Positions 45,644-59,439 of a stretch of 64,000 nucleotides of DNA are shown here, piece after piece. Position 1 is the first letter of the stretch, and each line of letters begins with the position of its first letter. The notes beneath the pieces were generated by a model. The model had not been told where the DNA came from and searched no databases. It saw only the letters and a list, made by a program, of their open reading frames with translations. Made by a program: the position numbers and the translations under genes. The stretch comes from Lingula anatina (Eukaryota; Animalia; Brachiopoda): NCBI GenBank assembly GCA_051362555.1, contig JBPQGU010000013.1, positions 62,001-126,000 of the forward strand. Reading direction: 5' to 3'.

Positions 45644-46101
45644 GGGGAGAAACCACCAAAATATTTCCCATTGACGACCATACTAAGAAATGCCTGCAAA
45701 ACTGCATAAAGAAAATAACTCTGGGAAACATTTCCCATCTCCATGGACAGCAGACACACTGACATAACTCCAAATGGCAAAAAAATATACTGTCATCAAC
45801 TCCGCTGTCTTACCGGCATCACTTGAACATGTGCACCCCTCTGTTTGTAAACAAACCACTGCACCACTCACAGTCAGTAGACCCTTCCGCCAGAGGTCTC
45901 ACGACTGCACTGCACCTGTGCCTGGTCCTGAAAAAAAAACTGGCAGTAGTTAACACCCTACTCTGCTAGTTGATACCAAAATTAACCCTAGCAACACACA
46001 AGAAATGCCAGGAAAAAAATGGAAAAAAGCACTCATTTTTTCTCACTGAACTATATTCGTCTATAACAGGTGCTGATTGGTTGATTTGGAGGTTTCTGCC
46101 C
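45644..46101 (-). repeat. LTDR copy, inverted (long allele)
   Basis: Same TIRs, 458 bp. Confidence 0.88.
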
Positions 46102-47245
46102 TGAGATTCACACAAACCACCCCCCCTGTTCTTACCTTCTGACACCAAAAATTAAAACCTTAATACACTGCCAACTGCTCCGCCCAATATGACTGAGAAC
46201 GGTCTCTTGATGACTGAGCCCTGTCAAGTTGAAAATGTGGTTGCTGTATCGGCCACTCTAGCCAACATTGCACCTGGTGAGAAAGCATAATTTCATGAGT
46301 GATAAAAAGTTAAATGTACATTTCTGTGCCTGAATTTGTTTCAATTGTTTTGAAATTTGGACACCTTATGCTGGACAGGTGTGAAAATCTGAGATAAGCA
46401 TCTTAACTGGTTGGGCCTAGTTTAAGTGCACTTTGTTGAGAAATAAAATGTGAAAAGTGGAAAATTACTAATAAAAATATTTTAAAATATCTAAAAATTA
46501 CTTAAACTCAAGTGCAAGGTTAATTGTCACAACTGTTGTTTATGTTTGTTTGTGTTTGTTGTGAGGTCCAGAGGCAGAGACAGGGCATTTTATAGCATCA
46601 GCTGCCCATTGTCTCTCCCAGGTGTGCAGGAAAGCAGGATACATTACAACAAAAGGTATGAACAGTGATTGGTAGTGGGGTTTCCTGTAAACAGCAAACT
46701 GCATGGCCCCAGTGCAGGAGGGGGGTATACAGCTTAGCAGTGAGTATTGTTCTGCAGGGAGGGACAAGAAGCTCATTTCCTGTATCCTCACAACAAACAC
46801 AAACAAACATAAACAACAGTTGTGACAATTAACCTTGCACTTGAGTTTAAGTAATTTTTAGATATTTTAAAATATTTTTATTAGTAATTTTCCACTTTTC
46901 ACATTTTATTTCTCAACAAAGTGCACTTAAACTAGGCCCAACCAGTTAAGATGCTTATCTCAGATTTTCACACCTGTCCAGCATAAGGTGTCCAAATTTC
47001 AAAACAATTGAAACAAATTCAGGCACAGAAATGTACATTTAACTTTTTATCACTCATGAAATTATGCTTTCTCACCAGGTGCAATGTTGGCTAGAGTGGC
47101 CGATACAGCAACCACATTTTCAACTTGACAGGGCTCAGTCATCAAGAGACCGTTCTCAGTCATATTGGGCGGAGCAGTTGGCAGTGTATTAAGGTTTTAA
47201 TTTTTGGTGTCAGAAGGTAAGAACAGGGGGGGTGGTTTGTGTGAA

Positions 47246-47703
47246 GGGCAGAAACCTCCAAATCAACCAATCAGCACCTGTTATAGACGAATATAGTTCA
47301 GTGAGAAAAAATGAGTGCTTTTTTCCATTTTTTTCCTGGCATTTCTTGTGTGTTGCTAGGGTTAATTTTGGTATCAACTAGCAGAGTAGGGTGTTAACTA
47401 CTGCCAGTTTTTTTTTCAGGACCAGGCACAGGTGCAGTGCAGTCGTGAGACCTCTGGCGGAAGGGTCTACTGACTGTGAGTGGTGCAGTGGTTTGTTTAC
47501 AAACAGAGGGGTGCACATGTTCAAGTGATGCCGGTAAGACAGCGGAGTTGATGACAGTATATTTTTTTGCCATTTGGAGTTATGTCAGTGTGTCTGCTGT
47601 CCATGGAGATGGGAAATGTTTCCCAGAGTTATTTTCTTTATGCAGTTTTGCAGGCATTTCTTAGTATGGTCGTCAATGGGAAATATTTTGGTGGTTTCTC
47701 CCC
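47246..47703 (+). repeat. LTDR copy (short allele)
   Basis: Same TIRs, 458 bp. Confidence 0.88.
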
Positions 47704-47802
47704 TGAACAGGAAAAGTGACAACTGTTCACTTTTGGCTTAGTTTCTAAATTTAGAGCAGCACAGGCCATAAAAGGGTGCTCTTGCATCATTTCACACAAA
47801 AA

Positions 47803-48168
47803 ATGGCTAATGACCAGTTCTAGGATGTATATCTTGCGAAATTACATGCAAAATTGCATAACACACAGGAGGGATACTGTTGGCTGTGGACTGGGGGCAC
47901 CAGTTGTTCCAGTGGGGCCCGTTATGGGTTATGGAGGGTTACATTTCCTGGGGCTAGACACTCTGTTACTGTTGGAGTGCACAGGGTGGCATTTATGCTT
48001 AGGAGAGGGTTTTACACATTCCACCCGTGTGGAGTCGGTCTGTGCTGTAACCCCGATCATCTCACAGCAGAGCCTCAATGAATCAACAATAACAGATTAC
48101 ATTGTCGTAATGTGGGCAGGTGCCTCAGACACAGACGGGGGCCAAATTGTGTACATGATAATTATTAA
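47803..48168 (+). pseudogene. His-Me finger nuclease copy (same two stops)
   Basis: Identical. Confidence 0.85.
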
Positions 48169-48326
48169 TATTATTGTTATTATTATTAAATTTACATTTA
48201 CTTAATTTATAGATTTCTCAATTATATTTATAAGTTTTAAGACTAGAAGAAAGACCAACAAACTTTTTTTCATATTTCACAACCAGTTTATTACAGAGTA
48301 GTATCTTAAAATCATACATTTTTATT

Positions 48327-50261
48327 TTAATTACATGCTCTCTTTGAATAGCTATGATCAGGAATTACAAGTTTTGGCATAGATATGCATCTTCTGTAGT
48401 CATTATTACTTTTCAATGCTTTAGATCTGTCATATCTTCTGTAACGGCTAAGGATTCTCTGTCTAGCTCTTAACTTAAATGCAACTGTCTTTTTGTGATT
48501 TACTCTCATTTTCATCTGTTTTTCATCTTTCTCCAGATATTTAACAACTGAAGAAGTGGGCCTAACACCAACAGAGGCCATCTTACACAAAGTGGATTGC
48601 TTAAGTCCATTATTCCTCAAGTGAACTGCACTGTGAATCCTGCCTTCGAAGTTCCGTGAAAAGGTGACAACTTTATTATTAGTTTTCTGAAATGTCCGGT
48701 TTAAAGACTCCACTTTTTGTGTGTTGGTATTAAGTTTTGTTGATTCAATTGCCCTTGGGCCCAGTCTATAATTTAGGCACTGTCTTAAGATGTGCACATC
48801 TTCAGAGTTGCTAAAGTCTAGTTTGCCTTTCTCAGGGAAAATAGTTTCCGTGCCACCTTTGCATACATAAGAATACTTTAAGCAGTTTTCACAATCACCG
48901 TTGTAACAACTAATTATAGAGTCAGTGACATAACTCAGTGCTCTTTTAATCAATTCTATGTCCCCTTTATTTGCTTTATAGCAGGCATCGAATTCAGCAT
49001 AACAGCGCATTGCTATGCACTGAGCAAAGCGTTTCTGCATCTTGTCTCTGGAGTACTTTGTTTTCCCTGGGAAAACTTGACCGGAAAATGGTGCTTTTTC
49101 AATTTGCTTTTTCAGAGCTTTACTGAAGTGGCGCGTGTCCCGAAGACTTTCGACATCATCACATGCAGAGTGGGCTCGGCTATCACCATCAGTGGTCAAG
49201 GCACCAACTGTGACCTCTCCAGAAATTTCCTCGAGGATCTGCTGCATGGCACGTTTCTCGTCTCCAATACTGTCGTCTTCCCGTAGATTCGCCGTGCAGA
49301 TACCACTGTGCTCTGGACAGGATACATCTTCCCCTCTACTTTTAAGCAGGTGAGCTGTGTGGCATAACTTGTTTCCGGTGTAAACACCAATGATGTCTTT
49401 TTTGCTGGTTACATTTTCTGCAACGGTGTATACAGTCTGAGTGGCTGGCTGGTATGGTGTTTTGTTCCCTCCACTAAACAGACTATTATTATATCTGCCA
49501 TCTCCTTCCACTGCTATGGGCTGTACACCCTCTCAGATCTTGAATTGCGGCGTAGATGATCTTGAATGCGGCGTAGATTCTCACGGCGCTGTTGCATGTC
49601 AGCTTTGTTAAGCTTGGTTATAGCAGCACCGACTTTATTTGCTTGCTTTTGCATGGATGATGCACTGGGCGGGGTCACATTGGTCGCCATTAGAATCTGC
49701 CTCATGCCGTGTTGGAGATCATGTTTTGTGACAGGCCTACTTGCAAGCCTGCATTCACCGTTGCTGCTCTCCTGCCACGCTGCTTGCTCTCGACTTCATT
49801 GTACAATTTCTGTTTCCCTGTCCTGTACTGACACGTGTCACATTTTAGTCCCATTGACCAAGCCACTCCCACTTGCTTTCTGCCTCTCTGTCCCAAACCA
49901 TTGAGCCAGTGCACTCAGCTGTATGCTCTGACAAGACTTTGTTGACCAGATTGACAATTTTTTCTGGTGAAACCAACTTGTATTCATCATCTGGGGGTTG
50001 GGCTGGCTGCTGGACAAACTCTCTGACTGGCCCTCCTAGGTCTGAGGATGACGGGTGCATCAGGGTTGCTGCTGAGGGTTGCTGGCGGCCCGACAGGGGT
50101 GGAGAGGAGGCTGCCTGGTACAACTCTTGGCTGGGTCTGATGTATCTTCTCACAATAGGCTCTGGAGGCTGGTCAGACTTCTGTCTTGCATGGTATAGCT
50201 TGTGTCCCTTCACAAATACACTTTTTCTTCGTTTTTTCCAGCTACCTTTACCGTACGGCAT
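48327..50261 (-). pseudogene. Transposase copy with a local duplication (about 49525-49580) and 1-bp deletions
   Basis: ORF fragments; probable consensus errors. Confidence 0.7.
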
Positions 50262-50965
50262 GGTGGATAGAAAGTGACTTCTGAGTCCAGAGGCAGAGAC
50301 AGGGCATTTTATAGCATCAGCTGCCCATTGTCTCTCCCAGGTGTGCAGGAAGCAGGATACATTACAACAAAAGGTATGAACAGTGATTGGTAGTGGGGTT
50401 TCCTGTAAACAGCAAACTGCATGGCCCCAGTGCAGGAGGGGGGTATACAGCTTAGCAGTGAGTATTGTTCTGCAGGGAGGGACAAGAAGCTCATTTCCTG
50501 TATCCTCACAACAAACACAAACAAACATAAACAACAGTTGTGACAATTAACCTTGCACTTGAGTTTAAGTAATTTTAGATATTTTAAAATATTTTTATTA
50601 GTAATTTTCCACTTTTCACATTTTATTTCTCAACAAAGTGCACTTAAACTAGGCCCAACCAGTTAAGATGCTTATCTCAGATTTTCACACCTGTCCAGCA
50701 TAAGGTGTCCAAATTTCAAAACAATTGAAACAAATTCAGGCACAGAAATGTACATTTAACTTTTATCACTCATGAAATTATGCTTTCTCACCAGGTGCAA
50801 TGTTGGCTAGAGTGGCCGATACAGCAACCACATTTTCAACTTGACAGGGCTCAGTCATCAAGAGACCGTTCTCAGTCATATTGGGCGGAGCAGTTGGCAG
50901 TGTATTAAGGTTTTAATTTTTGTGTCAGAAGGTAAGAACAGGGGGGGTGGTTTGTGTGAATCTCA

Positions 50966-51421
50966 GGGCAGAAACCTCCAAATCAACCAATCAGCACCTG
51001 TTATAGACGAATATAGTTCAGTGAGAAAAAATGAGTGCTTTTTTCCATTTTTTCCTGCATTTCTTGTGTGTTGCTAGGGTTAATTTTGGTATCAACTAGC
51101 AGAGTAGGGTGTTAACTACTGCCAGTTTTTTTTTCAGGACCAGGCACAGGTGCAGTGCAGTCGTGAGACCTCTGGCGGAAGGGTCTACTGACTGTGAGTG
51201 GTGCAGTGGTTTGTTTACAAACAGAGGGGTGCACATGTTCAAGTGATGCCGGTAAGACAGCGGAGTGATGACAGTATATTTTTTTGCCATTTGGAGTTAT
51301 GTCAGTGTGTCTGCTGTCCATGGAGATGGGAAAATGTTTCCCAGAGTTATTTTCTTTATGCAGTTTTGCAGGCATTTCTTAGTATGGTCGTCAATGGGAA
51401 ATATTTTGGTGGTTTCTCCCC
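50966..51421 (+). repeat. LTDR copy (long allele; 1-bp indels)
   Basis: Same TIRs. Confidence 0.85.
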
Positions 51422-51520
51422 TGAACAGGAAAAGTGACAACTGTTCACTTTTGGCTTAGTTTCTAAATTTAGAGCAGCACAGGCCATAAAAGGGTGCTCT
51501 TGCATCATTTCACACAAAAA

Positions 51521-51883
51521 ATGGCTAATGACCAGTTCTAGGATGTATATCTTGCGAAATTACATGCAAAATTGCATAACACACAGGAGGGATACTGTTG
51601 GCTGTGGACTGGGGCACCAGTTGTTCAGTGGGGCCCGTTATGGGTTATGGAGGGTTACATTTCCTGGGGCTAGACACTCTGTTACTGTTGGAGTGCACAG
51701 GGTGGCATTTATGCTTAGGAGAGGGTTTTACACATTCCACCCGTGTGGAGTCGGTCTGTGCTGTAACCCCGATCATCTCACAGCAGAGCCTCAATGAATC
51801 AACAATAACAGATTACATTGTCGTATGTGGGCAGGTGCCTCAGACACAGACGGGGGCCAAATTGTGTACATGATAATTATTAA
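51521..51883 (+). pseudogene. His-Me finger nuclease copy with extra 1-bp deletions
   Basis: Same sequence apart from indels. Confidence 0.8.
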
Positions 51884-52040
51884 TATTATTGTTATTATTA
51901 TTAAATTACATTTACTTAATTTATAGATTTCTCAATTATATTTATAAGTTTTAAGACTAGAAGAAAGACCAACAAACTTTTTTTCATATTTCACAACCAG
52001 TTTATTACAGAGTAGTATCTTAAAATCATACATTTTTATT

Positions 52041-53958
52041 TTAATTACATGCTCTCTTTGAATAGCTATGATCAGGAATTACAAGTTTTGGCATAGATAT
52101 GCATCTTCTGTAGTCATTATTACTTTTCAATGCTTTAGATCTGTCATATCTTCTGTAACGGCTAAGGATTCTCTGTCTAGCTCTTAACTTAAATGCAACT
52201 GTCTTTTTGTGATTTACTCTCATTTTCATCTGTTTTTCATCTTTCTCCAGATATTTAACAACTGAAGAAGTGGCCTAACACCAACAGAGGCCATCTTACA
52301 CAAAGTGGATTGCTTAAGTCCATTATTCCTCAAGTGAACTGCACTGTGAATCCTGCCTTCGAAGTTCCGTGAAAAGGTGACAACTTTATTATTAGTTTTC
52401 TGAAATGTCCGGTTTAAAGACTCCACTTTTTGTGTGTTGGTATTAAGTTTTGTTGATTCAATTGCCCTTGGGCCCAGTCTATAATTTAGGCACTGTCTTA
52501 AGATGTGCACATCTTCAGAGTTGCTAAAGTCTAGTTTGCCTTTCTCAGGGAAAATAGTTTCCGTGCCACCTTTGCATACATAAGAATACTTTAAGCAGTT
52601 TTCACAATCACCGTTGTAACAACTAATTATAGAGTCAGTGACATAACTCAGTGCTCTTTTAATCATTCTATGTCCCCTTTATTTGCTTTATAGCAGGCAT
52701 CGAATTCAGCATAACAGCGCATTGCTATGCACTGAGCAAAGCGTTTCTGCATCTTGTCTCTGGAGTACTTTGTTTTCCCTGGGAAAACTTGACCGGAAAA
52801 TGGTGCTTTTTCAATTTGCTTTTTCAGAGCTTTACTGAAGTGGCGCGTGTCCCGAAGACTTTCGACATCATCACATGCAGAGTGGGCTCGGCTATCACCA
52901 TCAGTGGTCAAGGCACCAACTGTGACCTCTCCAGAAATTTCCTCGAGGATCTGCTGCATGGCACGTTCTCGTCTCCAATACTGTCGTCTTCCCGTAGATT
53001 CGCCGTGCAGATACCACTGTGCTCTGGACAGGATACATCTTCCCCTCTACTTTTAAGCAGGTGAGCTGTGTGGCATAACTTGTTTCCGGTGTAAACACCA
53101 ATGATGTCTTTTTTGCTGGTTACATTTTCTGCAACGGTGTATACAGTCTGAGTGGCTGGCTGGTATGGTGTTTTGTTCCCTCCACTAAACAGACTATTAT
53201 TATATCTGCCATCTCCTTCCACTGCTATGGGCTGTCCTTCACACCCTCTCAGATCTTGAATGCGGCGTAGATTCTCACGGCGCTGTTGCATGTCAGCTTT
53301 GTTAAGCTTGGTTATAGCAGCACCGACTTTATTTGCTTGCTTTTGCATGGATGATGCACTGGGCGGGGTCACATTGGTCGCCATTAGAATCTGCCTCATG
53401 GCCGTGTTGGAGATCATGTTTTGTGACAGGCCTACTTGCAAGCCTGCATTCACCGTTGCTGCTCTCCTGCCACGCTGCTTGCTCTCGACTTCATTGTACA
53501 ATTTCTGTTTCCCTGTCCTGTACTGACACGTGTCACATTTTAGTCCCATTGACCAAGCCACTCCCCACTTGCTTTCTGCCTCTCTGTCCCAAACCATTGA
53601 GCCAGTGCACTCAGCTGTATGCTCTGACAAGACTTTGTTGACCAGATTGACAATTTTTTCTGGTGAAACCAACTTGTATTCATCATCTGGGGTTGGGCTG
53701 GCTGCTGGACAAACTCTCTGACTGGGCCCTCCTAGGTCTGAGGATGACGGGTGCATCAGGGTTGCTGCTGAGGGTTGCTGGCGGCCCGACAGGGGGTGGA
53801 GAGGAGGCTGCCTGGTACAACTCTTGGCTGGGTCTGATGTATCTTCTCACAATAGGCTCTGGAGGCTGGTCAGACTTCTGTCTTGCATGGTATAGCTTGT
53901 GTCCCTTCACAAATACACTTTTTCTTCGTTTTTTCCAGCTACCTTTACCGTACGGCAT
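52041..53958 (-). pseudogene. Transposase copy with several 1-bp deletions
   Basis: ORF split into five pieces. Confidence 0.7.
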
Positions 53959-54661
53959 GGTGGATAGAAAGTGACTTCTGAGTCCAGAGGCAGAGACAGG
54001 GCATTTTATAGCATCAGCTGCCCATTGTCTCTCCCAGGTGTGCAGGAAAGCAGGATACATTACAACAAAAGGTATGAACAGTGATTGGTAGTGGGGTTCC
54101 TGTAAACAGCAAACTGCATGGCCCCAGTGCAGGAGGGGGGTATACAGCTTAGCAGTGAGTATTGTTCTGCAGGAGGGACAAGAAGCTCATTTCTGTATCC
54201 TCACAACAAACACAAACAAACATAAACAACAGTTGTGACAATTAACCTTGCACTTGAGTTTAAGTAATTTTTAGATATTTTAAAATATTTTTATTAGTAA
54301 TTTTCCACTTTTCACATTTATTTCTCAACAAAGTGCACTTAAACTAGGCCCAACCAGTTAAGATGCTTATCTCAGATTTTCACACCTGTCCAGCATAAGG
54401 TGTCCAAATTTCAAAACAATTGAAACAAATTCAGGCACAGAAATGTACATTTAACTTTTTATCACTCATGAAATTATGCTTTCTCACCAGGTGCAATGTT
54501 GGCTAGAGTGGCCGATACAGCAACCACATTTTCAACTTGACAGGGCTCAGTCATCAAGAGACCGTTCTCAGTCATATTGGGCGGAGCAGTTGGCAGTGTA
54601 TTAAGGTTTTAATTTTGGTGTCAGAAGGTAAGAACAGGGGGGGTGGTTTGTGTGAATCTCA

Positions 54662-55118
54662 GGGCAGAAACCTCCAAATCAACCAATCAGCACCTGTTAT
54701 AGACGAATATAGTTCAGTGAGAAAAAATGAGTGCTTTTTTCCATTTTTTCCTGGCATTTCTTGTGTGTTGCTAGGGTTAATTTTGGTATCAACTAGCAGA
54801 GTAGGGTGTTAACTACTGCCAGTTTTTTTTTCAGGACCAGGCACAGGTGCAGTGCAGTCGTGAGACCTCTGGCGGAAGGGTCTACTGACTGTGAGTGGTG
54901 CAGTGGTTTGTTTACAAACAGAGGGGTGCACATGTTCAAGTGATGCCGGTAAGACAGCGGAGTTGATGACAGTATATTTTTTTGCCATTTGGAGTTATGT
55001 CAGTGTGTCTGCTGTCCATGGAGATGGGAAATGTTTCCCAGAGTTATTTTCTTTATGCAGTTTTGCAGGCATTTCTTAGTATGGTCGTCAATGGGAAATA
55101 TTTTGGTGGTTTCTCCCC
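54662..55118 (+). repeat. LTDR copy (long allele)
   Basis: Same TIRs. Confidence 0.85.
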
Positions 55119-55217
55119 TGAACAGGAAAAGTGACAACTGTTCACTTTTGGCTTAGTTTCTAAATTAGAGCAGCACAGGCCATAAAAGGGTGCTCTTGCA
55201 TCATTTCACACAAAAAA

Positions 55218-55581
55218 ATGGCTAATGACCAGTTCTAGGATGTATATCTTGCGAAATTACATGCAAAATTGCATAACACACAGGAGGGATACTGTTGGCT
55301 GTGGACTGGGGGCACCAGTTGTTCCAGTGGGGCCCGTTATGGGTTATGGAGGGTTACATTTCCTGGGGCTAGACACTCTGTTACTGTTGAGTGCACAGGG
55401 TGGCATTTATGCTTAGGAGAGGGTTTTACACATTCCACCGTGTGGAGTCGGTCTGTGCTGTAACCCCGATCATCTCACAGCAGAGCCTCAATGAATCAAC
55501 AATAACAGATTACATTGTCGTAATGTGGGCAGGTGCCTCAGACACAGACGGGGGCCAAATTGTGTACATGATAATTATTAA
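55218..55581 (+). pseudogene. His-Me finger nuclease copy with extra 1-bp deletions
   Basis: Same sequence apart from indels. Confidence 0.8.
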
Positions 55582-55739
55582 TATTATTGTTATTATTATT
55601 AAATTTACATTTACTTAATTTATAGATTTCTCAATTATATTTATAAGTTTTAAGACTAGAAGAAAGACCAACAAACTTTTTTTCATATTTCACAACCAGT
55701 TTATTACAGAGTAGTATCTTAAAATCATACATTTTTATT

Positions 55740-57652
55740 TTAATTACATGCTCTCTTTGAATAGCTATGATCAGGAATTACAAGTTTTGGCATAGATATG
55801 CATCTTCTGTAGTCATTATTACTTTTCAATGCTTTAGATCTGTCATATCTTCTGTAACGGCTAAGGATTCTCTGTCTAGCTCTTAACTTAAATGCAACTG
55901 TCTTTTGTGATTTACTCTCATTTTCATCTGTTTTTCCAGATATTTAACAACTGAAGAAGTGGGCCTAACACCAACAGAGGCCATCTTACACAAAGTGGAT
56001 TGCTTAAGTCCATTATTCCTCAAGTGAACTGCACTGTGAATCCTGCCTTCGAAGTTCCGTGAAAAGGTGACAACTTTATTATTAGTTTTCTGAAATGTCC
56101 GGTTTAAAGACTCCACTTTTTGTGTGTTGGTATTAAGTTTTGTTGATTCAATTGCCCTTGGGCCCAGTCTATAATTTAGGCACTGTCTTAAGATGTGCAC
56201 ATCTTCAGAGTTGCTAAAGTCTAGTTTGCCTTTCTCAGGGAAAATAGTTTCCGTGCCACCTTTGCATACATAAGAATACTTTAAGCAGTTTTCACAATCA
56301 CCGTTGTAACAACTAATTATAGAGTCAGTGACATAACTCAGTGCTCTTTTAATCAATTCTATGTCCCCTTTATTTGCTTTATAGCAGGCATCGAATTCAG
56401 CATAACAGCGCATTGCTATGCACTGAGCAAAGCGTTTCTGCATCTTGTCTCTGGAGTACTTTGTTTTCCCTGGGAAAACTTGACCGGAAAATGGTGCTTT
56501 TTCAATTTGCTTTTTCAGAGCTTTACTGAAGTGGCGCGTGTCCCGAAGACTTTCGACATCATCACATGCAGAGTGGGCTCGGCTATCACCATCAGTGGTC
56601 AAGGCACCAACTGTGACCTCTCCAGAAATTTCCTCGAGGATCTGCTGCATGGCACGTTTCTCGTCTCCAATACTGTCGTCTTCCCGTAGATTCGCCGTGC
56701 AGATACCACTGTGCTCTGGACAGGATACATCTTCCCCTCTACTTTTAAGCAGGTGAGCTGTGTGGCATAACTTGTTTCCGGTGTAAACACCAATGATGTC
56801 TTTTTTGCTGGTTACATTTTCTGCAACGGTGTATACAGTCTGAGTGGCTGGCTGGTATGGTGTTTTGTTCCCTCCACTAAACAGACTATTATTATATCTG
56901 CCATCTCCTTCCACTGCTATGGGCTGTCCTTCACACCCTCTCAGATCTTGAATGCGGCGTAGATTCTCACGGCGCTGTTGCATGTCAGCTTTGTTAAGCT
57001 TGGTTATAGCAGCACCGACTTTATTTGCTTGCTTTTGCATGGATGATGCACTGGGCGGGGTCACATTGGTCGCCATTAGAATCTGCCTCATGGCCGTGTT
57101 GGAGATCATGTTTTGTGACAGGCCTACTTGCAAGCCTGCATTCACCGTTGCTGCTCTCCTGCCACGCTGCTTGCTCTCGACTTCATTGTACAATTTCTGT
57201 TTCCCTGTCCTGTACTGACACGTGTCACATTTTAGTCCCATTGACCAAGCCACTCCCCACTTGCTTTCTGCCTCTCTGTCCCAAACCATTGAGCCAGTGC
57301 ACTCAGCTGTATGCTCTGACAAGACTTTGTTGACCAGATTGACAATTTTTTCTGGTGAAACCAACTTGTATTCATCATCTGGGGGTTGGGGCTGGCTGCT
57401 GGACAAACTCTCTGACTGGGCCCTCCTAGGTCTGAGGATGACGGGTGCATCAGGGTTGCTGCTGAGGGTTGCTGGCGGCCCGACAGGGGGTGGAGAGGAG
57501 GCTGCCTGGTACAACTCTTGGCTGGGTCTGATGTATCTTCTCACAATAGGCTCTGGAGGCTGGTCAGACTTCTGTCTTGCATGGTATAGCTTGTGTCCCT
57601 TCACAAATACACTTTTTCTTCGTTTTTTCCAGCTACCTTTACCGTACGGCAT
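55740..57652 (-). pseudogene. Transposase copy with 3' deletions near 55905 and 55936
   Basis: Ends ...YLEKQMKMRVNHKRQLHLS* instead of the normal C-terminus. Confidence 0.7.
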
Positions 57653-58360
57653 GGTGGATAGAAAGTGACTTCTGAGTCCAGAGGCAGAGACAGGGCATTT
57701 TATAGCATCAGCTGCCCATTGTCTCTCCCAGGTGTGCAGGAAAGCAGGATACATTACAACAAAAGGTATGAACAGTGATTGGTAGTGGGGTTTCCTGTAA
57801 ACAGCAAACTGCATGGCCCCAGTGCAGGAGGGGGGTATACAGCTTAGCAGTGAGTATTGTTCTGCAGGGAGGGACAAGAAGCTCATTTCCTGTATCCTCA
57901 CAACAAACACAAACAAACATAAACAACAGTTGTGACAATTAACCTTGCACTTGAGTTTAAGTAATTTTTAGATATTTTAAAATATTTTTATTAGTAATTT
58001 TCCACTTTTCACATTTTATTTCTCAACAAAGTGCACTTAAACTAGGCCCAACCAGTTAAGATGCTTATCTCAGATTTTCACACCTGTCCAGCATAAGGTG
58101 TCCAAATTTCAAAACAATTGAAACAAATTCAGGCACAGAAATGTACATTTAACTTTTTATCACTCATGAAATTATGCTTTCTCACCAGGTGCAATGTTGG
58201 CTAGAGTGGCCGATACAGCAACCACATTTTCAACTTGACAGGGCTCAGTCATCAAGAGACCGTTCTCAGTCATATTGGGCGGAGCAGTTGGCAGTGTATT
58301 AAGGTTTTAATTTTTGGTGTCAGAAGGTAAGAACAGGGGGGGTGGTTTGTGTGAATCTCA

Positions 58361-58818
58361 GGGCAGAAACCTCCAAATCAACCAATCAGCACCTGTTATA
58401 GACGAATATAGTTCAGTGAGAAAAAATGAGTGCTTTTTTCCATTTTTTTCCTGGCATTTCTTGTGTGTTGCTAGGGTTAATTTTGGTATCAACTAGCAGA
58501 GTAGGGTGTTAACTACTGCCAGTTTTTTTTTCAGGACCAGGCACAGGTGCAGTGCAGTCGTGAGACCTCTGGCGGAAGGGTCTACTGACTGTGAGTGGTG
58601 CAGTGGTTTGTTTACAAACAGAGGGGTGCACATGTTCAAGTGATGCCGGTAAGACAGCGGAGTTGATGACAGTATATTTTTTTGCCATTTGGAGTTATGT
58701 CAGTGTGTCTGCTGTCCATGGAGATGGGAAATGTTTCCCAGAGTTATTTTCTTTATGCAGTTTTGCAGGCATTTCTTAGTATGGTCGTCAATGGGAAATA
58801 TTTTGGTGGTTTCTCCCC
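58361..58818 (+). repeat. LTDR copy (long allele)
   Basis: Same TIRs, 458 bp. Confidence 0.88.
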
Positions 58819-58917
58819 TGAACAGGAAAAGTGACAACTGTTCACTTTTGGCTTAGTTTCTAAATTTAGAGCAGCACAGGCCATAAAAGGGTGCTCTTGC
58901 ATCATTTCACACAAAAA

Positions 58918-59281
58918 ATGGCTAATGACCAGTTCTAGGATGTATATCTTGCGAAATTACATGCAAAATTGCATAACACACAGGAGGGATACTGTTGGCT
59001 GTGGACTGGGGGCACCAGTTGTTCCAGTGGGGCCCGTTATGGGTTATGGAGGGTTACATTTCCTGGGGCTAGACACTCTGTTACTGTTGGAGTGCACAGG
59101 GTGGCATTTATGCTTAGGAGAGGGTTTTACACATTCCACCCGTGTGGAGTCGGTCTGTGCTGTAACCCCGATCATCTCACAGCAGAGCCTCTGAATCAAC
59201 AATAACAGATTACATTGTCGTAATGTGGGCAGGTGCCTCAGACACAGACGGGGGCCAAATTGTGTACATGATAATTATTAA
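58918..59281 (+). pseudogene. His-Me finger nuclease copy with a 2-bp deletion next to the TGA
   Basis: gagcctctgaatc vs gagcctcaatgaatc; frameshifts to AEPLNQQ*. Confidence 0.8.
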
Positions 59282-59439
59282 TATTATTGTTATTATTATT
59301 AAATTTACATTTACTTAATTTATAGATTTCTCAATTATATTTATAAGTTTTAAGACTAGAAGAAAGACCAACAAACTTTTTTTCATATTTCACAACCAGT
59401 TTATTACAGAGTAGTATCTTAAAATCATACATTTTTATT

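Larger units (their letters stand above)
26284..46566 (-). repeat. Inverted block of the array (about 5.5 units)
   Basis: All ORFs flip strand. Junctions read gtcgtcaat|agtaaatcac (26283/26284) and gttgtgagg|tccagaggc (46566/46567). Confidence 0.97.
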
